Shown in pieces: positions 43,506-55,514 of a stretch of 64,000 nucleotides of DNA. Source of the stretch: Eledone cirrhosa (Eukaryota); the NCBI GenBank assembly GCA_964016885.1, contig CAXHJY010000252.1:102271-166270 (forward strand). Direction: 5' to 3'. The translations under genes and the position numbers were made by a program. Position 1 is the first letter of the stretch. The number at the start of each line of letters is the position of its first letter. The notes beneath the pieces were generated by a model. That model was not told the origin of the DNA. It saw nothing but the letters and a program-made list of their open reading frames with translations, and made no database searches.

Positions 43506-43543
43506 CAATAATAATAATAATGATAATAATAATAATGATAATA

Positions 43544-43977
43544 AAAAAGAGGGTATGCCTGCTAATTGATATGTCCGTTCCAATAGACAAGAATGTATCT
43601 ATAAAATCATTTGAAAAATTGAGCAAGTATAAAGACCTGGAGATAGAAATTGGAAAAAATGTGGAAATTGAGAACTAAAACAATACCAGTGGTTGTAGGC
43701 GCTCTAGGAATGATACCTAAGGGGGTCTAATGATTACTTATCGCAAATCCCAGGAAACCCGCGTATAGGAGAAATACAAAAGATAGTACTAATGGGAACT
43801 GCCCATATACTAAGGAAGATTCTGTCAATATAAGTACATCACAAGTCTAAACACCTAAAGATGCATGTGTGAGTATGTATGTTCTTTCTTGAACATGGCG
43901 GACCTTGTTGTCTCTTGAGGTCACTGGTTGTGACTTGGTGATAACTCGTATGAACATAAAGCAAGATAAATGCAGCT

Positions 43978-43978
<1 letters not shown>
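43544..43978 (+). mobile_element. Second Dong/R4 family RLE fragment, frameshifted
   Basis: CLLIDMSVPIDKNVSIKSFEKLSKYKDLEIEI..., then IPVVVGALGMIPK...IQKIVLMGTAHILRKIL, followed by (TAA)n. Confidence 0.75.
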
Positions 43979-44024
<46 letters not shown>

Positions 44025-44397
44025 TGTTTCTACTTTTGGCACAAGGCCAGCAATTACCCCAGTGCATTGCTGGTAATAATAATAATAAATATAGATGATA
44101 ATAATAACACCTTCAACAACAACAACAACAACAACAACAACATCAACGATTATAATATCAATAATAATAATTGACCACCTCCAACAACCACAAACAACAA
44201 CATCAATAATGATAAATAAATAAATTAATAATAATAACCACAACAATAACAATAATAACAACATCAACAACAACAACAATAATAATATGCTATTATCTAA
44301 TTTCTCAATATCTCTTTAAATGTCATATTTTATGTATTTCGTGTATTTTCCACATTAGAATTCCATAAACCTATTAAAAGATGTCATTTATCAACAA

Positions 44398-44657
44398 ATA
44401 CCTATTATCTCTTACCACCGCCATATTGAAATACCAACAAAAACCTATTATCTCTTAACACCGCCATATTGAAATAGCAACAAAAACCTATTATCTCTTA
44501 CCACCGCCATATTGAAATACCAACAAAAACCTATTATCTCTCACCACCGCCATATTGAAATACCAACAAAAACCTATTATCTCTTAACACCGCCATATTG
44601 AAATACCAACAAAAACCTATTATCTCTTAACACCGCCATATTGAAATAGCAACAAAT
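44398..44657. repeat. 43-bp minisatellite, 6 units
   Basis: Unit cctattatctctta(c/a)caccgccatattgaaata(c/g)caacaaaaa. Confidence 0.93.
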
Positions 44658-44989
44658 AAAACATATTTTTTAATATTTTTTTTAATATTTTAAAATATTC
44701 TAAAATATTTGTTAAATGTTTTAAAATATATTTTTGAAATATTAAAAAATATTTAAAAAATACACGCATTTTCTTACTTTACATGTTCATATACACACTA
44801 TGGTATATACACCGTGTGTATATACACTGTATATGTACACTGTGTGTATATACACTGTGCGTATATGCACTGTATATGTACACTGTGTGTATATACACTA
44901 TGTGTATATGCACTGTGTGTATATACACATAGTGTGTATATAAACTGTGTGTTTATATACTAAGTGTATATACACACCATAGAATTGTT

Positions 44990-45380
44990 TTTATATACAC
45001 CGTAGTATATTTATATACACACTGTAGTATATTTATATACACACCGCAGTATATTTATATACACACTGTAGTATATTTATATACACACCGTAATATATTT
45101 ATATATACACTGTAATATATTTATATACACACTGTAATATATTTATATACACACCGTAATATATTCCTATACACACCGTAATATATTTCTATACACACCG
45201 TAATATATTTATATACACACCGTAATATATTTATATACACACTGTAATATATTTCTATACACACCGTAATATATTTATATACACACTGTAATATATTTCT
45301 ATACACACCGTAATATATTTATATACAAACTGTAATATATTTATATACACACCGTAATATATTTCTATACACACTGTAGT
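44990..45380. repeat. 21-bp minisatellite
   Basis: Unit tatacacac(c/t)gtaatatattt, with 21/23-bp variants. Confidence 0.85.
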
Positions 45381-45667
45381 TTAAAGAATTTGAAGTCTGA
45401 AAGCCATAATGTGGGTTTGGATGGAGAATAATTAAATCGTAAGAAACAGGACTTGTTTTATTTTTACCTTTATTTCTTCCTATGTCCTGATATTTCGAGA
45501 TTAATGTCTCTTCTTCCGAGGAAAATAAAGGAACTATTCCAGTCTCTAATGTGGTTTGTTGTACCATGCTGGCCTTTCGTCTTTAGAAGGTCGATGAAAT
45601 AAAGTACCAGTAATGCACTGGGATAATTGCTGGCGTTGTGCTAAAAGTAGAAACACTATTATTATAG

Positions 45668-46514
45668 TAGAAAGACCAGGTACCTCCGTAAAAACACTTA
45701 TTAGCAAGACATACCTTTTCAAAGATCCTCATGTATAGATAAGAAATGTATAACCTGTAAAATAAGCCCCCATATTAACTGTAAAACTAGAAATGTAGTA
45801 TATAGCATAAGATGTACTGAAGGACAATGTAGAGACAAAAATATAGTGTACATAGGTGAGACAGCTCGTAGTGTAGGGGAACGGATAAATGAACACTGGC
45901 GAGACCTTCAAGATAGTAAAGAATCATCTGTACTCTACCAACATGCTAAAATAGAACACAAGGGTAAATTAGAGAACATAGAAATAAAAATAGAATCTAC
46001 ACACAGAAAAGACGCAATGTTTAGGCAAATTACAGAGGCAGTAAACATAAAAGAACTACAACCAAAATTAAATAGAAAATATGAGTGGAACAGCAACATC
46101 ACAACTTACAATTAAGGAAAAAATGAAAACACACACACACATAGAACAAACAACCAACCAGTAACATGTAAATAAAAAAATAAATAAATGAACATAAACA
46201 CACACAGACACCCGGATGTGGCGCATGCGCAGACTGAACACACAACACACGCACAGAAACAAAATGGCGTAGGACAGAACAAAGGAGAGGCACAGAAACA
46301 AAGAAAGGAATCCCCAGTCACTGAAGAGGTCACAGAGTGTGTGACGAAAGAACTATGACAATATATAAACAACTATCTGGTTGTGGAACCAACCAACCAA
46401 CCAGAAATTTATAAATTTATAAATTTATTATAAATTTATTATAATAAATTGAAGTGAAAGCAACTGGTGCGTGTGTTTCTTATTGGCAACATGACCCTCC
46501 CAAAGTATAACAAT
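45668..46514 (+). mobile_element. 5'-truncated PLE family B fragment (GIY-YIG + pLTR)
   Basis: ORF 45846-46115 YIGETARSVGERINEH. Near-identical reverse complement of ~31547-32388. Ends at ATGACCCTCCCAAAGTATAACAATA. Confidence 0.9.
46317..46359 (+). ncRNA. Minimal type-I hammerhead ribozyme, family B pLTR
   Basis: GTCA CTGAAGA g GTCAC agagtgt GTGAC GAAA G aa C TA TGAC. Confidence 0.8.
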
Positions 46515-46529
46515 ACTATTATTATTATT

Positions 46530-48573
46530 GTTGTTATTCCTTGAATCTCAGTCATTGATGTTGGTTAACTGGAAAGTCCGTTGGAATGAATATCAAGCCA
46601 CTACCTGCAGCCTCAGATATTCAGGACGTATCGGAGGGTTCTTGCTGTTCCAAGCAAGCATGCCTTTTGAAGCGTTCCAAAAAGCGTGAAGGGGCCGATT
46701 TTCTTTAACCATCCCTGGAAACTTTTGGAGATAGTCCCCAGTGCGCCTATGACAATCGGGATCACTTTGACTTCATGGCAGTTCCAAATCCTTTTCACCT
46801 CCCACTTTAGGTCCTGGTATCGGTTAATTTTCTCCCTCTCCTTCTCTTGCACTCTCGTGTCGAACGGGCAGGCCACATCCACAATCAGACACGATCTTTT
46901 TTCTTTGTCCACAACCACCAGGTCAGGTCTATTGTGTTCCAGTTTTTTGTCCGTCTGTATCCTAAAATCCCACAGCACCTTCACCTGATTGTTCTCCATC
47001 ACCGCCTCTGGCCTATGCTCATACCATTTCTCAGAATGTGGTAAATTGTTTACTTTGCACAGGTGCCAGTGGATCACCCTGCCCATCACATCGTATCTCC
47101 AGCCCTTATAGTGGGTCTGGCTAGGTGTTTACACTCGGACACAATGTGAGCCACAGTCTCCTCTCTCTCTCCACAGATCCTGCACAGTGGGCTAGCCTCC
47201 TCCTTGTAAATATGGTGCTTCAACCACTTCGTTTTGAGGGCCTGCTCCTGCGCAGCCATTAGCATTCCTTCTGTAGCCTTTTTGAGGTCTCCTCTTCTCA
47301 ACCAGTTCCATGTCTGTGGATCTCTAAATTCAGTTTTCTCAAAGAAGGTACTATGAAGGGATTTTCCCTTAAGGCTGCTCTTCCTCCTTGATGTTATTTC
47401 CTCCTTGGACATCCCCTGGCCTACTGTCCCCTCCTTCAGTACAGTTCTGAGCATTGGCTCCTTACTATAGGTCACGTATTTGTATAGGTTGTTTTTCTCC
47501 ATCTGAACACAGTCCTCTATGCTGATAAGACCTCTTCCACCCTCAGATCTCCTTAGGTAGAGTCTATCGACATCACTCCTCTTGTGGAACATGTTGTAGA
47601 TAGTCAATAGCTTCCTAGTCTTCCTATCCATTTCTTTTTGTTCAGCAACATTCCATCTCAGAATTCCCGCACTGTACCTAATAATAGACACAGCTCGGGA
47701 ATTTACTGCGCTTATGGCATTTCTGCTGTTCAGATGTGACTTCAATACGCTCCTTACTCTCCGAATGTATTCAGTTCTTAACAATTCCTTCATTTTTTTG
47801 TTCTTTATGCCATCAGCCTCCAGAACGCCCAAATACTTGTATCCTTCCTCAGAGTCAATTTCCTTTATCATCTCACCTGTTGGTATCTGGATCCCGTTAC
47901 TTCTGCTCAACCTACCCCTCCTCATCACAATGACTCCACATTTACTAATACCAAACTGCATACATATATCACTGCTGAAAATACGGACAGTGTCAACAAG
48001 CACATCCAACTCCTTCTCACTTTTCCCGAAGAGCTTAAGATCGTCCATGAAGAGGAGGTGATTGATGGTAAGCTCTCCCTTTCCCAACTTGTATCCTGCT
48101 CTCACTTTTCGCAGCATAATGGTCAAGGGCATCAGGGCAAGGACAAACAACAGAGGGGACAGGCTATCTCCCTGGAAGATACCTCTCTTGATCTTCACGC
48201 TTCCCAAGGATACTCCAGTTGATGTCAACTCTGTCTCCCAGGACCCCATACTCCTGCCCAGCAACTGTCTGATGTTATCTGCCACCCTGAAGATCTCCAG
48301 GCTTTTGGTGATCCAAGAATGAGGCACCATGTCAAATGCCTTTCTGTAGTCTATCCATCCCATGGCAAGATCAGTGTGTCTCCTCCTGCAATTCCCCATT
48401 ACCATCTTATCAATAAGTAACTGGTCCTTTGTACCACGTGACTTCTTTCGGCATCCTTTCTGTTCGTCCGGTAACAAGTTGTTTGTGTGGAGGTGATGGT
48501 AGATTTCCTCAGACACAATGCTCGTCAACAGTTTCCACACTACGGACAGACATGTGATAGGTCTATAGTTGGT
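46530..48573 (-). pseudogene. 5'-truncated Dong/R4-clade non-LTR retrotransposon (RT + Zn knuckle + restriction-like endonuclease), one frameshift
   Basis: [78 protein letters not shown] 1-nt loss near 47120 relative to 42915-42925. (TAT/TAA)n on both sides. Confidence 0.92.
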
Positions 48574-48603
48574 AATTATTATTATTATTATTATTATTTC
48601 AAT

Positions 48604-48882
48604 TGGCGGTGGATTGGCAGTATCGGTAGAGGGTCGGACGCCATGTTAGGGTGGTGGATTGGCAGTATCGGTAGAGGGTCGGACGTCATGCTTTCTAGCA
48701 TAGAGTTACGGTCCTTGCCATTCTGAGTTCAAATCCCGCCGAGGTTAACTTTGCCTTTCATCCTTACGGGGGTCGATAAAATAAAGTACCAGTAATGCAC
48801 TGGGGGTCGATTTAATCGACTCCCCCCCCCCCCCCCAGCCACCTGCCCCAAAAATTGCTGGCCTTGTGCCTATATAAGAAAC

Positions 48883-48886
<4 letters not shown>
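48604..48886 (+). mobile_element. tRNA-derived SINE with a Meta-like central domain (other copies ~3220-3383 -, 18208-18342 -, 20605-20795 -, 44021-44074 -, 45588-45662 +, 53550-53738 -, 62139-62240 +, 62788-62940 +)
   Basis: A-box-like TGGCAGTATCGG and B-box GAGTTCAAATCCC (48725-48737). Core GCCTTTCATCCTTACGGGGTCGATAAAATAAAGTACC resembles, from memory, the MetaSINE domain. (TAT)n tail. Confidence 0.78.
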
Positions 48887-48913
<27 letters not shown>

Positions 48914-49299
48914 GGTAGAGAGAGAAGTGCTGACTTCCAGCCAGTTTGTTGAAAGGTGGGTGAAAGAGGTAAGAAGGGCCCGTGTGAATGGGTCTACCCT
49001 TAGCGTGTGCCTGTAGCATTGTAGGAGGAAAACTGAAAGAGGGCATTTGCCCTAGCGGTCAGGGTAACCGTGGCTTTTCTTGTCGGCTTTCTCCATGAGC
49101 AACCCACGTAGCCCCCCCCCCTATTGGGAATTTTTCATTGTTTCCTTTTGTCCCACTCTGTTTTTTTTTGTTTTTTTACACGCAGAAATGTCCATTTGTA
49201 CCGTCCTGTACTGTCCTGTATTGTCCTGTGTTGTCCTTAATGTTATACTTTGTGTCAGCCCTTGTGCCCAATAAAGAAATCATGATTATTATCATTATT

Positions 49300-50100
49300 C
49301 AACTAGCCAATCTCTTCGGAAGAACTTTCGGGCCGGGGTCTATGGACAACTTCAAGAAATCCCTGGCCTGGCAGTGCTACCGAGGAGCCTTGGCAGTTCG
49401 GGATAAACTCAAAAGGCATGGAGGTGCCGTCAGCCGGGCATGTCCGAGATGCGCGCAGGGCGACGAAACCGTCCTGCACGCACTCGTCCAGTGTCCGAGC
49501 ATTGCTGACTTGTGGGTTTATGTCGAACACCTGCTGTCGCGTGTAGGACGAATCCGGCTATCAGCTGAGTCCATCGTGAAGATTGCCCCGCCCCCTTCCT
49601 TTAGTCGGGAAGGGCAGGCAGTTTTTATCTGTCTGGTGGCCATGGCGAAAGAGATAGTATGGTGGACACGTTTGAAAGGGCTTAAGACGAGCACTTACCT
49701 CTTCGGTGATGCCCTGATTAACTTTTTCAAATTTCATTTGAAAAGGAAAATCAGGGTAGAGAGGGAAGTGCTCTCTTCCCAGCATTTTGTTGAAAGATGG
49801 GTGAGAGAAGCAAGAATGGCCCGAATGAATGGGCCTTCTCTGAGTATGTGTCTGTAAATTAAAGGTGGAAAACTGGGAGAGGGCACTTGCCCTGGTGGTC
49901 AGGGCCACTGTGGTCTTTTAATGGGCTTTCTCCACAAATGTCCCTTGGAAGTCTCCCCCCTATTGGGGAATTTTTCTTTGTTATTTTATTTCAACCTCTG
50001 TTTTTTTACACGCAGAAATGCCCATTTGTACCGTCCTGTATTGTCCTGTACTGTCCTTAATGTCTACTTTATGTGAACCCTTGTGGTTAATAAAGAAAAC
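49300..50100 (+). mobile_element. L1/Tx1-type LINE 3' end (C-terminal Zn-finger region + 3' UTR)
   Basis: AWQCYRGALAVRDKL...CPRCAQGDETVLHALVQC...W. UTR ends AATAAAGAAA + (TAT)n. Related fragments at ~3894-4235, 4336-4675, 4703-4912, 48915-49280 (+), 22712-23155 (-) and 63810-64000. Confidence 0.8.
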
Positions 50101-50276
50101 ATTATTATCATTACTATCATTATTATTATTATTATTATTATCATCATTATTATTGTTATATGTATATTAATGGCCATTAATGTGTTATCTATATTAAACA
50201 TGCTTTCATCGTTCTGTACTTTAGCTTACCATAAAACAGACATTTCGTTATTAACTGCTCTTTAATAGATACAGTG

Positions 50277-50310
<34 letters not shown>

Positions 50311-50362
50311 TAGATTTACATACATAAACTAGACAGAGCCATAGATATATATGTGTTTTTGG

Positions 50363-50435
<73 letters not shown>

Positions 50436-50506
50436 ATATATATATATAGGATATATGATATATATATATATATATACTTACATATATACTGTATGTATCA
50501 TATATC

Positions 50507-50564
<58 letters not shown>

Positions 50565-51297
50565 ACCGTGAAACTTAAAACCATATCATTTGTATTGCCT
50601 CTCTGTTTTTATATCGGATATTGTTTATCGTGATTTCGTGGGCTGATATTCCGATTCTCGATCATTCTACTATATTTAGCTCTAGACCCTAGCTATTGAC
50701 CAGTTAATTTTATTGATGATTTTTTTTGTTGATCTTATTGACTGATGAATAGCTCTTGTTTATTTTAACATGTCTGTTGAGCACTCTGATTCGATATGTG
50801 ATAATTTGTATTCTTACATAATTTACACATCACCGAATTTTTTCGCTAATATAGGGGTCCCCTCCCTTGCTGAATACCATGTGCGTTGTTTGGCTTCGGG
50901 TCCCCTCTGTATTATGGAACGAAATACTCGTTGAAGAAGCCTTTCCTCGTTCGTCTCTTCTCTAGAAGTCTTATATATCTTTTATGTGGGCTGATAGTGA
51001 TTGGATTAAGGAATTGCAGAAACCCAAGAAGCTAGATTTAACATCGTTCTAGCGGGTCCGGGTGAGTTTTTTACATTCATTTAATTTATTAATTTATTGA
51101 TATTTTATTTGAGTGACCCGAATCTTCCTGGTCGTTCTTTTTCGGCTGCACGGGTGATTTTAGGCATTATCTCTGTGTGTTGGTATTTTAACGATAGTTA
51201 TAGCTCTGATTTTTCCAAATTATTGAGCCCTCTGCCACATATATCGGATATTGTTTATCGTGATTTCGTGGGCTGATATTCCGATTCTCGATTATTC

Positions 51298-51385
<88 letters not shown>

Positions 51386-51920
51386 CGAGGGAAAAGTGGT
51401 AAGGAACCAGGTGGACCAAAACGCACCAAAGTACTCAATACTTAGGGTAGTAGAGTGGGTAATAGGAGTAAGTAAGACCCCGACGGCTGAGCTCAAGCCG
51501 TTTCGACGGCTAATTCTGTCAGAATTAGCCGTCGAAACGGCTTGAGCTCAGCCGTTGGGGTCTTACTTACTCCTATATATATATATATATATATATATTG
51601 TCTGCGTGTGTGTGAGTATAGATCTCTACATATATGCTTATTTACGTGTGTATGTTTATGTATGCGCATGGGCGTGTGTGTGTATGTATGAGCGTATATG
51701 AGCGTGTATGTGTATGTGTGTGTATATGTAAAGGAGTCAGTACTACAGAGAATGAAGTAATAAGAACACTAGAGCAGCTGTAATTTAGACTAAGGCGATG
51801 TCAAATTAGTTTTAATTAGCTAGCTTAATTACCCGTGTATTGATGTTAATTAAACTTCCCATGAAGAGTACTTCGTGTAGTTTTATGTAAATAAACACAC
51901 ACAAACACACACACACACAT

Positions 51921-51955
<35 letters not shown>

Positions 51956-51969
51956 CACACAAACACACT

Positions 51970-52010
<41 letters not shown>

Positions 52011-52092
52011 CCTTACACAAACACACACACAGACATATATATATATACATACACACTCATACAAACACACACACACATATATATATACACAT

Positions 52093-52138
<46 letters not shown>

Positions 52139-52314
52139 ATGTGTATATGTATATATATATATATATATATATGCACACACTCTCACACACACAAACACGC
52201 CACCATACATTTTCATTATAAACAATTACACAAAACCTTTTATTATATTAAGTTAATCATACTCATGTTATATATGCATATACACACATTTATATATTTA
52301 TATGTAACTATATG

Positions 52315-52355
<41 letters not shown>

Positions 52356-52510
52356 AGATCAAAAGATGGTTAAAGGAGTTCCATGTATTTTATTATATTA
52401 TTTTATTATGCGCATTTCAAAAACATATATATATATATACATACTTACGCTCAGATAGAAAGCTATATATCGTAGTGTCTATCTGTCCCTCCTCTCTCTC
52501 AGCCCCCACC

Positions 52511-52578
<68 letters not shown>

Positions 52579-52580
<2 letters not shown>

Positions 52581-52780
52581 TTTGGGAGGGTCGTGCTGCC
52601 AATAAACAACATTTACACCTGTTGGTTGTACTTCAATTTATTACAAATTACCGGTTGGTTTGTTTAATAACAAGTTGGTTGTTTATTTATTGTCAAAGCT
52701 CTTTCGTCACACATTCTGTGACCTCCTCAGTGACTTATTTATTATTTTGTGTCTCTCCTTTCTTCTGTCTTACACCAAGA
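52579..52780 (-). mobile_element. Diverged solo family B-like pLTR with hammerhead (~52691-52735)
   Basis: Minus strand GTCA CTGAGGA gGTCAC...GTGAC GAAAG ag CTT TGAC. Ends in ACCCTCCCAAAGTA + (TA)n. Confidence 0.7.
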
Positions 52781-52934
52781 TCCTGTTCCTTTGGATCGTG
52801 ATGATGACCATGCTGTAGTTGTTAGTGATGATGGTGATGGTGATGATGATGGTAGTACTGTTGTTGTTATTAAGATTCCAATCAATCGATTACCGATAGC
52901 AGACAAACAAATGAAGCCAATAAATTCAATACCG

Positions 52935-52982
<48 letters not shown>

Positions 52983-53490
52983 CTATTTATCTATCTATCC
53001 TCTCTCTTTCTCTCCCTCCCTCTCTCCCCCTCTCTCTTTCTCCCCCCTCTCTCTCTCTCTAACCCTTCTGCCAGTCACACTCTCTCTCGGCTGGCCTCTT
53101 CCTCACACTTCCACTCACTCACTCTCTGCTTCTCCCCCTCTCTCACTTCCTCCCGTTTGACCTGTGTGAAATCCTTTTCCCGCTCATATCTCACCCGTGT
53201 CGGATGGTCTGTATCTCTCGTCCATGAATTCACCAAGCTTAAGCTTATAGATATCATGTACTTGTCTCTTCCTATCTTTCCGTTGCAATACCAACTTTGT
53301 TTGTTTACATGTCTCGCTCGCTTCACCCTATTTTACTTGTCCCAATAACTTTATTTAGTTATTGCTCGCACCAACGAGAGGTATATGATTTTTAAAGCGA
53401 TGAAATACCAATGAAGGTTGGAAGATCATTGATGAAGGACTAATTTTATTCATATGTAACCCATGTGCAACCACGCAGCACTTCATTTTT

Positions 53491-53533
<43 letters not shown>

Positions 53534-54025
53534 CAAGTTAATATAAATTAATTGTTTCTACTTTAGGCACAAGGCCAGCAATTACCCAGTGCATTACTGG
53601 TACTTTATTTTATCGACCCCGTAAGGATGAAAGGCAAAGTCAACCTCGGCTGGATTTGAACTCAGATTGTAAAGGGACGTAACTATGCTGGAAAATATGG
53701 CGTCCGACCTTCTACCGATACTGCCAATCCACCGCCCTAATATAAATTAATATATGATAAACAGCTAAGTGTTTGTATTGTAAAAGACGAAGTTAGCTAG
53801 AATGAAATAAACTAATTCAAATAAATATAGCTTGCCTGTATCGATTTAAAATAATAAATCAATATACACAAACTCATATTGGCAAATAGCCGTGGTACCT
53901 GGACAAATTTAAATTTCAAAATTCAAACCTTTTCCGCAGATCAATCTGAACTTCAAAATCCAAACAAGTACAGTGTCTTAAGTATATATGATTCACTGAA
54001 TACAGTGTCTCAAGTATATATGATC

Positions 54026-54330
54026 AGTATATACAATCACAAGAACTCGTCCAAAGACAGGAACAAGAGACACTCTACTAGACTGGCGGACCTACTATAG
54101 GGACTCAAAGACAGTGGCACGGAGTTTGACCTCAGCTAGAGTATTGTCCACCGCGCGAATGCGTACTCGACTGGCGAGACGAGGTGTAAGTTGTGCCTGT
54201 CCGAGGCTAAGGAGATAGTCAAACTAAAGGGCGACGCAGTCAACCTCAGATCTGAAATCATTATGGCCTGCAGACACCAACGTAAATGCACGCTATTCGC
54301 TTTAGTGATACCGGATGGATCTATCTAAGG
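54026..54330 (+). pseudogene. Decayed Hydra-like PLE GIY-YIG C-terminal fragment (distinct, more GC-rich family)
   Basis: Manual translation YNHKNSSKDRNKRHSTRLADLL*GLKDSGTEFDLS*SIV...CKLCLSEAKEI...VNLRSEIIMACRHQRK. Parallels 27918-28200, with two TAG stops where Trp is expected. Confidence 0.75.
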
Positions 54331-55514
54331 CCATACTGGTAAGAAAATGCCAGGTGGGGTGCATGCAGCGGACCACGATATGCCACAACACACCTATGAA
54401 TCCAAGGCGGAACAAGCTGATATCAACGGCAGATCCAACGATACCTACCTCGTAACGTACCTAGGATAACACCGCCCCACCAACCTGGCGACGCCGACTC
54501 AATATAAGTCTGATTTTGTTTACAACCTTATGTGTGGTTTTGAATTTGAATTTGTGATTTTTAATTCTTAATTTTCGATTTTTAATTTTCGGGTCTTGAT
54601 GTTTAATTTGCAACATTGATGTTAGTCTTGAGGCTGGACTTAGGGTTAATGTTGCAAATAACTCTAACTTTGCCTGCCGTTGCTATATACATGCATACAA
54701 CACAAGCCGCTGGTATATTCCACTTATGCATCTATTCCATCTACATTTCCTATAGACTGTTATGAAACATATTCTGTACATTCCTGATATATTCCATAGA
54801 TGCATACATTCCATTGTACATTTCATACAAAATATTATGAAAACAATATTCTAAACATTCACGGTATATATAACTTGCTTGTGTACACACACACACGGTC
54901 CCTTGCGTCCATCCGTCATAAAACCTGTCTCATGTGCATGGTTGATGTGCAGGTTCGAACCCAGTCCTTTGGACAGTCAGTCCTGTATCTTATATAACCC
55001 TATGCATCACAGTCTTCAAGTATTTTATGCAAATTTATGAAAATACCAATAATGTCTGGGTGGCATCTTTTTCATGTATACATTCCTTTTTCCAGTATCT
55101 TATTTTCTTTTATTTTATTTGATATACGTGCACGCACTTTTTTTAAAATATATGATCACCCCCACCCTACCCCCCACGTGTCACTAGTACATGGCTAATA
55201 CGTAGATACTGCATTTATGCATATTGTGTGTGCACTTTCAGCCTAACATGGGTTGAGTCCAAACCTCAAGAACGTTGTCTCATATAATACTGTATGCGCC
55301 ATGTGCACAGTTGGTGTGTGTGGATGTGGATGTGGATGTGTGGGTATTCATCAAGTATAGGCTCTTTTTTGAGAGGTATAGGCACGCCCATGTGCATTCC
55401 CATGAGCGGGCACATGTATGCATGTGTGTGCACGCATACACGCATGTGTATGCATGTCCGGGGGTATCTAATTGTATGAACATGTCTGTGTAGGTGTATG
55501 CATATATATGTGTG

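Noticed and set aside
48604-48745. tRNA gene
   Set aside because: A/B boxes belong to a multi-copy SINE head with no complete cloverleaf.
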